Shown in pieces: positions 1 to 12,500 of a stretch of 51,134 bases of DNA (its first letter is position 1; every line of letters begins with the position of its first letter). The DNA comes from Klebsormidium nitens (Eukaryota > Plantae > Klebsormidiophyceae): NCBI GenBank assembly GCA_000708835.1, contig DF237589.1, forward strand, positions 1 to 51,134, read 5' to 3'. The notes below the pieces were generated by a model, which saw nothing but the letters and a program-made list of their open reading frames with translations, did no database searches and was not told the origin of the DNA. The position numbers were made by a program, and so were the translations under genes.

Positions 1-310
1 CCACGTACATGGTCACGGGCTCACCCGACCTCATCTTGAGGGAATGCAACTCTTGCATGAGCTCCATCTTTCCTTGCATTGAATTTGCTCTTGTAGGTCG
101 TCTCAAGGAGATCCCAAGCCTCTTTGTGGTCTTGCACGCCTCAATCGTCCCCAAATGTTGGTCCTCAACCTTCAGCCCTATGATGGACAACGCCTTCCTC
201 GATTAAGATGCGTGCACCTCGTCACTCCGTCCCATAGATCCTTGGATGTCAACAAGAAATTGATCTTGCGACTCCAAATGATGTAGTTGTCTACACCAAG
301 TGCCACTCGT
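1..310 (-). pseudogene. Ty1/copia gag N-terminal remnant (frameshifted)
   Basis: Minus-strand translation across frameshifts gives LGVDNYIIWSRKINFLLTSKDLWDGV...RKALSIIGLKVEDQHLGTIEACKTTK/EAWDLLETTYKSKFNARK/MELMQELHSLKMRSGEPVTMYV, a typical copia gag pattern. It runs off the window start. Confidence 0.75.
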
Positions 311-312
311 TT

Positions 313-1001
313 AAACTTAACACGTATGGCCAGACTCTATCGGTATCGTACCGCCGAATATTCCGGAAAGCTTTGGAAGATTGGTATGTCGGACAAATGC
401 CAATTTATGAACTCGGACCGGATTTTCAACTACCTTTCTGTATGGTCGTCTGTATGGTCGTTTTTACCGCGTGCATTATTTGTCGCGACGCGTTTCACCG
501 GTGATACAAATCTCTGACCGGACCGTCGCGTGATCGAAACCGCCGATACCCACCATAGATTGCTTATGTACGGAGTACTATTCCGTACTGAGTACAAAGT
601 GCGGATGCAAAGTCCGACTAATCAGCACACATTGCTGCGGCGAAGCTAGTAGTAGTGGTCGTGAAAAGGGTGACACAAGCAACCTAGGGTGGGTTTCGGT
701 CCGTACGGTTTCCTTACAATATCGTGATTTTCCGCGACGATTTTCCGACGGTATCGCGACACGTCGAGCCTGCCCAGTGTCACAAATTACTACGTACAAT
801 TTTAGAACCGAGTCCCAGGATTCTAAATTGCAATTTGATATCGAAATTCGTACGGCCGGTGACCGTTGGATTCAGTCTCTTTCGGAGGTACGGTACCGGA
901 TTGCGACGGCTCCAGTCTGTCGCGCGAGAAAATTTGAATTTAATGGTCTGACTCGGAAGTTCGGACCGGGACCGCGCGAATGTACCGCGGTACCCTAGGT
1001 T
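313..1001. mobile_element. Putative non-autonomous DNA-transposon-like insertion(s) rich in ACCG/CGGT motifs
   Basis: Non-coding stretch dense in GACCG/TACGG/CGGT words. A 10-bp inverted pair lies at 681-690 (AACCTAGGGT) and 992-1001 (ACCCTAGGTT), containing hAT-like TAGGG. No TSD found. Confidence 0.3.
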
Positions 1002-3135
1002 GAAAAGGAGTGCTGGAGGAAGAAAGAGAAGTGTCAAGGAAAGCTCCTTCAAGAAGCTTTCCATGCCGGCGCCATGGCGGTCAACTTCAGCACCTTATAG
1101 CACCTATCTCCGATTTGCCCCAGCTAAAACAAAGCTTGGGCAGTCTACAGGACACCTTTTGATGTCGTTCTAGACTATTTATGCGGTTGCCATTTGCAGG
1201 CCGTAGGCACATAGGCTGCACACATAAGAGGCCTTTCAGAACCCTAATTTGAGTGTGAGTTGTGACACTGCTCTTACTAACTTTAACACTGGGTCACGTT
1301 CGGCGGTTCCGTCGATACGAAATACTCGCGTAAATGTCAGTCGGCGTCACGGGAACCGTCAGTTTCACTGTCAGTTTTCGATACAATTTGATACAGAATC
1401 TGGACAATACTGAAGGCGTTGAGTACCCACCGTAGGTAGCTTGTGGATTTTGACGGCCGTTCTGTTTCACGAATGCGGCCGTTAGCTAGCCCATTGGTTT
1501 GAAGGTGTTGGCAATATGCAAGTGGTACTAGGCACTGAGTCGGAGCCCAGTCAGCCGGCCACTTGCATCCGTCCAACCAGGCGTCCAAAGCGCGAATTCC
1601 AATTACAGACCTTCGAAAAGAAAATAGAGTACAGCGTGGAGACTAGTGCTGAACGCCATGACAACCAAGAACTACTCCCGAGTTAGTGCTGTTCATGGCA
1701 AACGTGCGAGCATGTAGCTCTGAAGCCAGCTGCAGTACTGTCTCTCTCGAGAGTGCTGCCTACCCGGGTTGATGACCGGGGAACCGTTGAGTGTGCCTCC
1801 ACCAGCTTACTGGCTCGGACTGTTTGGGAACCTGGCCAGATACACACACCATGGCTATGAGACTTCCGAACAACGCACGGCACACGAATATAACAAGTAC
1901 TCAAATTTGCGCACAGGCGAGTACTCGAATTGGCCAAGTACATTCTTCCTCTTATACCTCCAGAGGGACGGAGGGTTGCGGAAGACGACACTGTTCAGTA
2001 CGACTCGCCTTTCTTGTCTATAATCTGCAACGGCCATCAGCTGTGAGGTTGTGGTCAGCCGAACAGTCACCCCTTTTCTATTTTTGATTGACCCGAAACA
2101 AACCCGTAGGGACTGTAAGGCAACTGCTCTCTCCGCCTCTGTTAGGGGTGCGTTCAAAGTATGCCGGCTCGTCCATAAAGGGAGGGCCTCCTTGCGAATT
2201 TATCTTTCGCACGAAATCTCTTCGTTTTGTCAATTCTTCCTCTCAAAAGCGGCTGATGCGGACGTGCCACAAACCCTGGGACCGTCGCCTGCTCCGACTT
2301 TCCTCAATCAAGGTAGAGTGGTGCTGATAGCAGACGTCGTTAAAACCCGTACCAACTTACGAGCGGAAAGCACGCTTGAGGTCATTGAGGGTTACGTAAA
2401 GTGCTATTTTTACTTGCTTACTTGCATCTACATGCGCGCAATTCTCGGGTCATGTGACAATTGATCTGTGCCATTGGACCAACACACGAGTTGCAACGAG
2501 AATGAGAGCCACGACTTCCGCATTGTTGCCATGGGGGGGGGAAGACTTTTTGCACCAGGCTTTCTACAACGAGGACGGTGAAGCAGGTGGGGAAGGGTCG
2601 CTGCTCCGCATCACGCAGCCCCAGCTTAGGGCGGTGGATCCTAAGGAATTCAAGTAAGTCGCAGACCAGCCGATCATTCGTGCTCTCTAAACTCAATTGT
2701 AGATATGAGCTACACTGCTTGTGGAAAACGTTTCGTCCGTGTTGAAGGCAACAATCAAAAAACGTTTTTTATTGAGCTTTTCGTCTTAAAATCTGAAAAT
2801 TGCGATTTTCCTTTAGCTAGTAATTTGCAAACATCAAAATTCAAATCGTGTCCAGGTGTCACATTTAAATTTGAGTATTAACAATATGAGACGTCGTAGC
2901 TGAGCATTTGCCGGAAAGGGTCGTTTTGCCCGGTTGACACTGGGGGAATGTTGTGTTCTGTCCCTTCCATCAGCCATCGTGACCTTCGTTGTAAGCTTTT
3001 CGAACTTCACCCATTGTACCTGTCCTCAGAATCGTCATATCCAACAATAAATCGTGGGAATGTAACTTGAACCAGCCTTATCCTTCTTGATTGAGGGCAC
3101 ATGAAGACCCCTGCTCTCTATAATACCGCAACGTT

Positions 3136-4079
3136 GATGCGAGCCGCACTGGATGCACCATCAGCGTGATTTCCCTGGCATTTTCGAGGAGCCCTTGCTT
3201 CCTGACCTTCAGCGATTATCAAGACGCCACAGCATTTGATGGCAGGTAACACCTCAGGCACTTACGTTGTATAGACAACTCCAAATACCTGCATTTTTCC
3301 AGGTGGGACATGCATTGTAGCCCGTGCGATGTGTGCGTAGAGGACGAGCCTTTTCAAGCACGCCCTTTGAAAGCGTTTGAACAGGTGTAAATGGATGTTT
3401 TTGCGATATGTTTGTGTGTTCCCGTATGTTGGAATCTAGTCAAACAAATTCCGATTAAGTTGTCTTCCTACCAAAAAGACTCCACTTGATTTCTCACGAC
3501 AATTCTCGGTCGGGCGTTGGTATCGTGAAATTGTGATTGGAGCTTCTCGACCGACTCACCCTTGGTGGTTACGGGCGACTTTGCGATCGAATCGCCTTGC
3601 AAGCAGCCAGCGCGCGCGCGCATTCTAAATTGAAACGTTGGTTTTACATCTCCGTGAGGCAACTTAGCCTTGAGAAGTGAAAGTACTTCCGATTGTCCGC
3701 ACGGCATGGCTGTTGATCTTCGCCACGACTCTGGCTAAAGTGGATTTTTTCCTTCTTGCAGATGGTGCATCTGGCCGGGAGCTTCAGGTCCCTTGGGAAC
3801 CCCGTCATTTACAACAACCCCAACACACACGAAAGCGTTTGGTACGCCGACCTCATCCTTGACTCGCCCGATTGCGCAGAGTTCACCATCCGCCTCAAGC
3901 AAGCCGCGCTCGACAAGTTTGGCGCTCTTGGCAACGTGACGGCTGGCTCTCCCCTCTCTGTGACTCACCTCCGTTTCAAAAATACTACAACAACGTCAGC
4001 AGCACCAACAGATTGGGTTATCGTACCAGTATTAGAGTTTTTGCTCGAATATCCGTCGAATCTGCCCAGCTCGAAATAG
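3136..4079 (+). pseudogene. Decayed spliced gene of unknown function
   Basis: Phase-compatible GT-AG exons 3136-3245, 3303-3384 and 3762-4079 join to DASRTGCTISVISLAF...FDGRWDMHCSPCDVCVEDEPF...FEQMVHLAGSFRSLGNPVIYNNPNTHESVWYADLILD. An in-frame TAA at 3121-3123 has no acceptor after it. Confidence 0.3.
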
Positions 4080-4199
4080 GTCAGCGTGGTGCGACCGCCT
4101 TCAATCAGTCCATTGCGTGTTGGCCGACAGCGACGAACTGAATGCAACCGGACTGATGTGATGTTCATGCACTTTCGACGCTCGTTGATAAGATTTGCA

Positions 4200-4790
4200 A
4201 CAAAAAGCTAGCCTTCAGGTGTTGCCGTAATTTCCTTGCTAGGTTGATTAGGGTACGTACGGAAAGCTTATTTACATTGCGTCTCGTTGCTTTTTTTACT
4301 TGGTCGAATAGTGCAAAACTGGAAGAACTCCTATCTTTACCGAACTCAGCCGTCGACCTTCCGCTTCTAACACTCAAAAGCCTTCTTCGCAGTACCACCG
4401 TATTCTCTGCATGGACAATCACGTCCTCGAGCACTGGCCCGGTTGAAAATTTCGACCGGGCGCTTTGTTTGGATTGTATTGAAAAGGGTCAGGTCCCCCA
4501 TTCGTATGACCAGCTTCTCCAATCGATGCCGCTTCTTGGATCCAAAAGTTTGCTGAACAATCTGCTCGTCCCACGTTTGTAATAGTGGTCCTCAACATTC
4601 AGCCCGATGATGGACAACGCTTTCCTTGATTGAGCTGGGTGCGCTACGGGATTTTCTTGCGCTATGGGATCTTCTCCATCCCATAGAATCCTTGGACCTT
4701 ATAAGAAACTTAATCTTCGAACTCCACGTTCTACAATTTTCCACATCCAACTTATTAATGTGGATCGTGTATCCGTCGGCCATTTTAGGG
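4200..4790 (-). pseudogene. Second Ty1/copia gag remnant
   Basis: TIHINKLDVENCRTWSSKIKFLIRSKD and RKALSIIGLNVEDH. Nucleotides ~4585-4630 are similar to ~157-205 of the first gag remnant. Confidence 0.6.
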
Positions 4791-5060
4791 ATTGCGTTCC
4801 TTTTCTCTCCTTCTCTAGACCAAGGATGGAAAATCTCCTTTTTTGCTTTCCCTGCCATTTTATCCCCCTTACGGGCTTTCAAATGTCGCTCTGCTCAAAG
4901 AGCATCCACGATAAAGTAGACAGCCCCCACCGATGCCTTCATTGAACAGGAGAGAACCATTGGCCGACTTTGGTCATATCGATTATCGCCCTGTTGGAGG
5001 CCTACTATTGAATGCTTGCGCCCTCACTCCCTAGGCGCCGTAGTGCGCCGTAGTGCGCCG

Positions 5061-5073
5061 TGGGCCCATAACC
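5061..5073 (-). other. Copia-type primer binding site (GGTTATGGGCCCA)
   Basis: Reverse complement of TGGGCCCATAACC matches the half-tRNAiMet PBS of copia/Osser-type elements. It sits directly after an LTR-like CA end and upstream of the gag remnant. Confidence 0.7.
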
Positions 5074-5533
5074 TGCTGAAACACGGCGTTGTTGGGAATG
5101 AATGATTGAATGATCAAGTTCACACAACACATATTGAGTGTTTGGGATCTAGCGGCGCTAAAACTATGTAGTCCGTGTGCTATGCTAGACACACTCAGGT
5201 AGAGTCACACTCATAGTCTAGGTCTATATTGATAGCCTAGTAGGTTCAGTTGAAGGCGGATACGCAAATCCGAAAGTTTCGCGCAAATATGAGTAATGGC
5301 TATTATCGAACCTACCATCACGGCGGTTACCTCAATAAAGCATACGCTATAACCTGCGCGCATTTAATCGCCAACCGCTCACTACCGGTTCTCGTCGACT
5401 CCCGTTGACAAAACTCACCCAGGAGATCGCGCATACTAAATGCCCGAATCTCAACAGGCTACACAACGACGAGATCAATGGAGTGACTGACAAAGCCTTA
5501 AGCATCATGTTGGTTTCCTTGTACGGAATAACA
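5074..5533 (-). repeat. Probable 5' LTR of the degenerate copia element
   Basis: On the minus strand it begins TGTTATT and ends TTTCAGCA, immediately followed by the PBS. It shares the AGTCACACTCA word with the LTRs at 6215/9028. The partner LTR was not found. Confidence 0.5.
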
Positions 5534-6214
5534 TCGAAGCACACAGAATCGGGCGTGGTCGTCGCAATGGCCTGGCTCACCAATTCGAGCAGCCCCTTGC
5601 CTTGGGTTTGACAATACCCATCCCTGATGTGCGCGTTCCGAAACTCGTTTCAAAGTGGGTTAGATGCTACTAGTCCATCTTATACAAAAGCGTGAGACAA
5701 GTTTCTTGTTTTATTTGACCTTTTTAGTTTCAGCTTGAGAAACCTTGGGGAACTCGATAGGAAGTGAACAACGGAGACTTGATGCTCTCTTCTACTAGAC
5801 CTGACGAGCTATGAATGCTATTGACCATTGTAGCTTTGCTGTAGAATCCGCGTTGATCGATGCTGCCCTGTTTTTGATTGTGGAAAGAACCTCCTTATCC
5901 AACTCCGGAGAAACCATTTACCATGTGTCAACAGGGTAGAGACCGCTAGCGAATAGATTCGGGCTCAAATCTTTGATAACGCATAGGGAAATGAACTGCT
6001 GCGCATCTGCGTCGGTGTCGCGCATGTTAGAAAGACTATAGCTCTATGCCTAAAAAAATTGGTCACGCGGATAAAAAGATGCAGATACCTACTGCGGCTC
6101 AACGTTCTCTTTTTCCAATCGTGCAACGTGCTGCAACAAGAGGGTTTCAATCATGAGAGAAGCCTTTATATAGTACTTGTCCAGATAAGTAGCCCGTCAC
6201 ATTCAAACGGAATG

Positions 6215-6967
6215 TGTTGAAACTCGTGGTAGGGAGTCGTAGTGTAGTTGAGTTACTCGTCATCGGGTCTTATCGTGTTGCTCGGCACCCATGCTCATCA
6301 CTCATTGATGGCAGCCANNNNNNNNNNNNNNNNNNNNNNNNNNNNNNNNNNNNNNNNNNNNNNNNNNNNNNNNNNNNNNNNNNNNNNNNNNNNNNNNNNN
6401 NNNNNNNNNNNNNNNNNNNNNNNNNNNNNNNNNNNNNNNNNNNNNNNNNNNNNNNNNNNNNNNNNNNNNNNNNNNNNNNNNNNNNNNNNNNNNNNNNNNN
6501 NNNNNNNNNNNNNNNNNNNNNNNNNNNNNNNNNNNNNNNNNNNNNNNNNNNNNNNNNNNNNNNNNNNNNNNNNNNNNNNNNNNNACACGAAGCGCCTCAC
6601 AAGCGGCTTCCTTCTCTCCACAAACTTCCTTTGAAATGATGTATCACATTAGTGGTTTTCACCACCATATGTCTTACGGGCTCTTCCGTTCCACTAGGCT
6701 CACTAGCCTACTAGACTTACTAGTTTAAATTACACACTACTAGAGGCTCACTAGCCTAGCTCACAGTCACACTCAATCTTAGCCTTCGATATTGTCATCA
6801 ATGGCTTACACCGACGGCCGCCCTCAACCGTCTAAATTCCAAACCGCCTAGCGATTTAACTCTCCAACCGTCGTACACACGCACGCCGGCGCTCACTAGT
6901 CCAAACCCTACACGGGTCGAACCCTAATCACATAGTAAGTCGGCTGACTGATCACCGGATTCTATCA
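6215..6967 (-). repeat. 3' LTR (contains N gap 6318-6584)
   Basis: Aligns end to end with 9028-9530, e.g. TGGTAGGGAGTCGTAGTGTAGTTGAGTTAC and CACGCACGCCGGCGCTCACTAGTCCAAA. Confidence 0.9.
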
Positions 6968-6977
6968 CTCGCACTCA
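6968..6977 (-). other. Polypurine-tract-like site
   Basis: Minus strand TGAGTGCGAG directly precedes the TG of the 3' LTR and resembles the copia TGAGGGGGAG PPT. Confidence 0.5.
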
Positions 6978-6996
6978 GAGGAATCACTTTAAGCCT

Positions 6997-8906
6997 CTAA
7001 CTCGTCATGCTTCTCTTGCGGGCTGTCTTCTTCGCCTTTGGCGTCACCCACTCGCCTCCACTGTCGCCACCGTCGCTCTCATGGTAGCGCACCGCGTCGC
7101 TCTTCTCCGACGACGTCTTCTCCACTCCGTGCTCCGGCTCTTTGGCTCCCACGGTTACCTGTATTGCTCCCACATTTGCCCAATACCACTCGGCGGGCTC
7201 CCATCGCACTTGCGGAATATGTTCCCAACTCTTGGGATTTCGCTACAGGCTTCTTCGATGCCTGTTCCACACCAGTGGGCTTGCTCTCTATCACCGTCTC
7301 TGGGCTTTCCTTGCCCTTACCGATCTCTTCGGACACTCCCACAACTTCGCGCACAACTTCCACAATCGGCCCACGTTGGCCCCTCTTGAAATCGTGCGCG
7401 CAGCGCGGCCGCTGTCTGTCGCGGGCGCGTGCGCGACTCCTTCGCGCTTCACTTCAAACTCCGCCCCTTTTTCGACCACTTTTGAACGTCTCGTCCGCCC
7501 CCACAAAAAATCTCATCTTTCGTTCGACGCCCCCATTCCCGTCGTCCGAATCGTCTAGGTCGATCTTCACAACCTTCACCGTCTTTTTCACCACGCTTTG
7601 CGCTCTTACCGGCCTCTTTGCTGTGGCGCACACCCGGTTCCCCTTGACCGGACCCCTCGCCAAGAATGCCCTCTGCTTCCCCACGGTCTCAATCTCCCAC
7701 AATCCTCCACGCTTACCTGCCTCCATATGGACCACGCCGTCCGTCTCTATCTGCACGGTTCTCCCCTCGAGCATTACTCGTGCTCCCGCGTCGGTCGCCC
7801 TCTTCGGAGCGAACAAACTCGCTTGTGCCCCCGGAGCGTGCCGGACCTCCTTCTACCGTACCCACACCACTTGGGGTCTTACACTTAAGCTCCACTTCTC
7901 CGATTCCTAGCGCAATCAAAGGCTTACCGATGATCCCCATGATTCTCTCTCGTCACGCAGAAGCTCTTTGTAGCTCGTGAATTGGCTTCGATCGGCCGTG
8001 ACATGCTGGGTGCTGCCCGAGTCGACTATCCACACGCCTTTGCGCACATCCCCATCGTCGCCCCACGCCGTAAAGGCTACTCCTTTTGCATCCCCCGCAA
8101 ATCCTCTATCTTCTGCGCGGCCACTTGCGCGCGTGCTCTGCCTACACACTGCCTCTGTGGCTCCTCTTGCCGCACTTGCGGCACTCCGCATCGCGCAATC
8201 CGCACTTTGCCTTCATGTGGTCCACTTTGCCACAACAATAGCACGTTGGCGGATTTGNNNNNNNNNNNNNNNNNNNNNNNNNNNNNNNNNNNNNNNNNNN
8301 NNNNNNNNNNNNNNNNNNNNNNNNNNNNNNNNNNNNNNNNNNNNNNNNNNNNNNNNNNNNNNNNNNNNNNNNNNNNNNNNNNNNNNNNNNNNNNNNNNNN
8401 NNNNNNNNNNNNNNNNNNNNNNNNNNNNNNNNNNNNNNNNNNNNNNNNNNNNNNNNNNNNNNNNNNNNNNNNNNNNNNNNNNNNNNNNNNNNNNNNNNNN
8501 NNNNNNNNNNNNNNNNNNNNNNNNNNNNNNNNNNNNNNNNNNNNNNNNNNNNNNNNNNNNNNNNNNNNNNNNNNNNNNNNNNNNNNNNNNNNNNNNNNNN
8601 NNNNNNNNNNNNNNNNNNNNNNNNNNNNNNNNNNNNNNNNNNNNNNNNNNNNNNNNNNNNNNNNNNNNNNNNNNNNNNNNNNNNNNNNNNNNNNNNNNNN
8701 NNNNNNNNNNNNNNNNNNNNNNNNNNNNNNNNNNNNNNNNNNNNNNNNNNNNNNNNNNNNNNNNNNNNNNNNNNNNNNNNNNNNNNNNNNNNNNNNCCAC
8801 TGACCTTGGCCTTCCACGTTGACCAGTTCTCACCACACAATTGCGGGATCGACACCTTGTCTCCCGCCAATTCAACTACACTCTCCCTTAAACGCAAAGA
8901 AACCAA
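6997..8906 (-). pseudogene. Copia gag-protease, frameshifted; no integrase core, RT or RNase H
   Basis: KVSIPQLCGENWSTWKAK (gag N-terminus); CYCCGKVDHMKAKC and CRKCGKRSH (knuckles); WIVDSGSTQHVT (protease); LGIGEVELKC and LFAPKRATDAGARV spacer; RWEPAEWYWAN post-integrase linker. Gap at 8258-8797. Confidence 0.85.
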
Positions 8907-9016
8907 ATCCTCCGCTCCTTTTCCTCACAAGCCCACCGGCCCGCGAGCATTCAAATTCTGGCCCTATAGACAGGCAAAATTGAATCTGTGCTTCCTCTTC
9001 ACAACCAAGCGTTGTA

Positions 9017-9027
9017 GGCCCATAAGC
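9017..9027 (-). other. Primer binding site GCTTATGGGCC
   Basis: Directly follows the 5' LTR on the minus strand, with one mismatch to GGTTATGGGCC. Confidence 0.7.
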
Positions 9028-9530
9028 TGTTGAAAATTATGGTAGGGAGTCGTAGTGTAGTTGAGTTACTTGTCATCGGGTCTTATCGTGTTGCCCGGCA
9101 CCCATGCTCATCACTCATCAATGGCAGCCATGCATCCCAAGAGGAATACACAAAGCACCTCACAAGCGGCTTCCTTCTCTCCAGAAACTTCTCTTACTAA
9201 TGATGTATCACATTAGTAGTTTCCACCACCATATGTCTTACGGGTCTCTCCCGTTCCACTAGGCTCACTAGCCTACTAGGCTTACTAGCCTAAGTCACAC
9301 ATCACTAGGCTCACTAGCCTAGCTCACAGTCACACTCAATCTTAGCCTTCGATATTTTCATCTGCGGCTGACACTGACGGCCGCTCTCAAGCACAGGTAA
9401 CCGCCAAACCGCCTAACGGTTGACTGTCCAACCGCCATACACGCACGCCGGCGCTCACTAGTCCAAACTACACGGGTCGAATCCTAATCACATAGTAACT
9501 CGGCTGACTATAATCTTCGAACTTCTAACA
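9028..9530 (-). repeat. 5' LTR
   Basis: TGTTGAAA...TCTAACA on the + strand, flanked by the PBS and the TSD. Confidence 0.92.
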
Positions 9531-12500
9531 GAATGCAATGACGAAATTCAAACGAAGCGTTTACTGCTCAACATAGAATATTGATCCGCCGACAGATGTT
9601 AATAGACAAATTGGGAGTCAAATATACGAGCTTAATGCTTCAGTTAGTGGGGTTCTAAGCTTTCGTTTCAGCTGCAATCGCTTTGAATCACCTTTTGACT
9701 GACGATCGGCAGCGCATGCACGGGCAAGACCAGGGCCAACAGAAGATGAAGGTTGGTGCACAGGTGCAAACGACATTTGCCACACCAGTGAAGCAGGTGG
9801 GTCTCGCACTGTAGTTTGGAGCCTTCCGCATTTTCCACGAGGCTCAGGTTCCAAGTGAACCGCTTGTTAAACGCTTTGTTATTGCTGGGCATAATGTGAG
9901 CGCACCGCGTGACGCAACCGCTAGCTTTCCTTGGCCCTTCAATGAGATCTTTCAGTCAGTGAGTGTGGGCATGTCGGCGTTTGGCCATTTGGGCACTGAT
10001 TATTTGTTGCAGACGACCCTTCATACACATCCGCGGGGTTTTGAGGCATGTTGCCATCGCTATGCAAAATCGGGACTGGTCTTCCAGAATTGCCAGTCCC
10101 GGAGGTCGCTCCGTAAAAGATGTGGCCCCATCGAGCTGTCTCTGTGCTTGTGCATTATTTTTCCAAAAATTATTGAATCACTTACATCGCTTGAAAGTAA
10201 GTCTGAAGCAAATACATATGGTTCGGCTCCCGCTCAGTGTTCAACAGCGCAACCGCGCTTCCGTTTGGTGGGCACAAACCTCTGTGGCCGTTGGTATATC
10301 AAACTCTGACCCTGCTCTCGTTCGTCCGCAAGCAGACGACGACTTTGAGGTGCAGGTGGCGAACTTAGGTTCCGTGGGTTCACAAGACGTCGTCCATTTG
10401 CACCCCGTATTTGAGGTCGACCAAAACCCAGAAAGCAGTCAGGACTGCAGGCGCGAACAATGGGGGCAAAGGTGCGTGTCCTCTCTTTTCTCTAAGCGGA
10501 CAACGTTCCCTCTGCCAGCTAAGCCGCCACAGCGGGCGCTGCTGCCTTTTGCATTTAGTTGCGGCATGCAGCCTGCTTGCAATGCGTTGCTGAGTATTTT
10601 GGAGCTGTGCTGCCAAAAATCAAAAGAAGGAGTCAGGCCTTTCGTGGTAAAGCTTGCTTCTTCCGACATGATTCTCTCGCTGTTGGACCAGGTAAAGAAT
10701 AACCACGATGCCTTCGGGCGAGTCTTTACTCAACTGGCAAATTGTAGTATTGCCCATTTTTATTCCCCAGGAGCGCGTCATCTGCTTGACACGGATTCGG
10801 GGCATGCTGGCGCTGCCGTGCCAGCATCTGTGCATCTGTAGAATTGCGCCAAGACGCTGCAATACCAAAGCAACAACTTTGCTGCCTTGCTTGCTTCTTG
10901 AGTTGCTGTAGGAGAGTCCGTAAGTTGATTTTCCAGATTTTTTAGAGAGGGTCCCGTTTTGAGGGGATTTAGAGCGGCCCACTAATGGTAGCACCATTGT
11001 CATCACTTTGGGCCTTCATCGGATGACTTCACATGCCATGTTGCAACTTCGGGGACCTATTGCTGACGTTCGTTTTCCACGTGCAGCCGCTACCATGGTA
11101 AAGTCGCTTTTTGTGATCCGAGTCTCAAACGGCAGAGCAGGGACGGCAACCGAGCGATATGGAGAAACGAGCGCGGTGGGAAGAGGCTCCAAGGGGCCTG
11201 TCACTGCCTGTAAAGCAACAGCACGGGCACACCCAGCCTGGCCTTGCATGCTCAGGCTCTGAGGCTCCTAGAAACTGGATGGCGTTAACTGTGTAAATAA
11301 AATGAATCCCACGAGTCCAATTGGCTACACCAGGATCGGATTTTAGACTCTTGAAAAACATTGAGAGCAACTTCCGATGCAAGTCGGAAGTCGGACGGGG
11401 GTTTGTGCTTTAGCAGTAAAGAAGGCATTGGTACAGAGAAGCAATCGTCACCCTTATACCGATTGCATGTCGAGCTTTCGAGAGATTGCCGCAACCTCTC
11501 GAAAGGTTGCTGACGAGAGAGTCTGTAAAGTACACTGAATTTGACAGCTTACTTATAGGATGATATAGAGAACGAAGGAGTTGCCCACGTAGGCTTGAGA
11601 AGCGCTCTCAAAGCTTAAAGCCAGAAACAGCTCAGCTGTGCGTGTGCATTCCGCAACGACCATTAAGTAGATTCTGCAGAGTAGGTAGTTATGATTGACA
11701 TGAGATTGAACGTGTTGAAGTTGAATTTAGGCTAGCCCATCGCCGTTTGATGACCGATGCGTCAACTTCCCGAAACATCTGGTACATGTCACACGAGGTC
11801 GATCGACACGACGACAACTCGTTTCATTTTAGCTCTGACGAGTCTTGTGCTGCAATGACACAAGAGAACTTTTGAGCTAGACCTAGCTTTCGCATGCATG
11901 CAATATGGACTCATCAAGGTATGTACGGTTCAGTATACATGCCGTGCTTACGTGTCCGGCCGGCCCCCGGGTACATATACACGGCAAGTGCGTGGGCATA
12001 TATGTCACCACGCATGCTGGTACTAGGATCGAACCGTGATCCAGTGTTATAGTCGAACATCCAGCTGGGCAATACATATAATGCATAAAGCTGATTTCAT
12101 AGCGCGTATTCATGTTTCGCTGTCAACATATCATACTAGCGCGCGTCATCATTCAACTGCAACGAGCGAGCCATTTGCTTAACATCAATTACAAGCACTA
12201 AGATCGATCTTATATTCCATGCAATGCATGGAAATTGTGATGATTATCATTGTTGCAAGTGATGGGCACATCGATCAGTATGTGCACGTAACTGATAATG
12301 GCTTGCATCGAAGCTGGCGTTTTTTCTAACAGCGCTCGCATCCAGTTTTTGAGCCACCTACACCATGCATGACAAGGTAACTAGGCTGGAATTGCATAGC
12401 CAATATGAGAGAGCTGCCAGCAACGCACCATTTCTTGTAACAGGGCGTCCAAGCAATCTGCTTTATTATTTGCGGATTGAAACAAAATCATAACCATACT

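Larger units (their letters stand above)
6215..9530 (-). mobile_element. Ty1/copia LTR retrotransposon, non-autonomous (gag+protease only)
   Basis: Two homologous LTRs (6215-6967, 9028-9530) with TG...CA termini, a perfect 5-bp TSD GAATG (6210-6214, 9531-9535), PBS GCTTATGGGCC and PPT-like TGAGTGCGAG. Gag zinc knuckles and a DSG protease motif lie inside. Confidence 0.95.

Noticed and set aside
9896-11262. Possible decayed gene on the minus strand (exon-like pieces after a TTACAG acceptor; KWAILQFAS*VKTRPKASWLFFTW)
   Set aside because: It has multiple stops, no recognisable family and no consistent exon chain.
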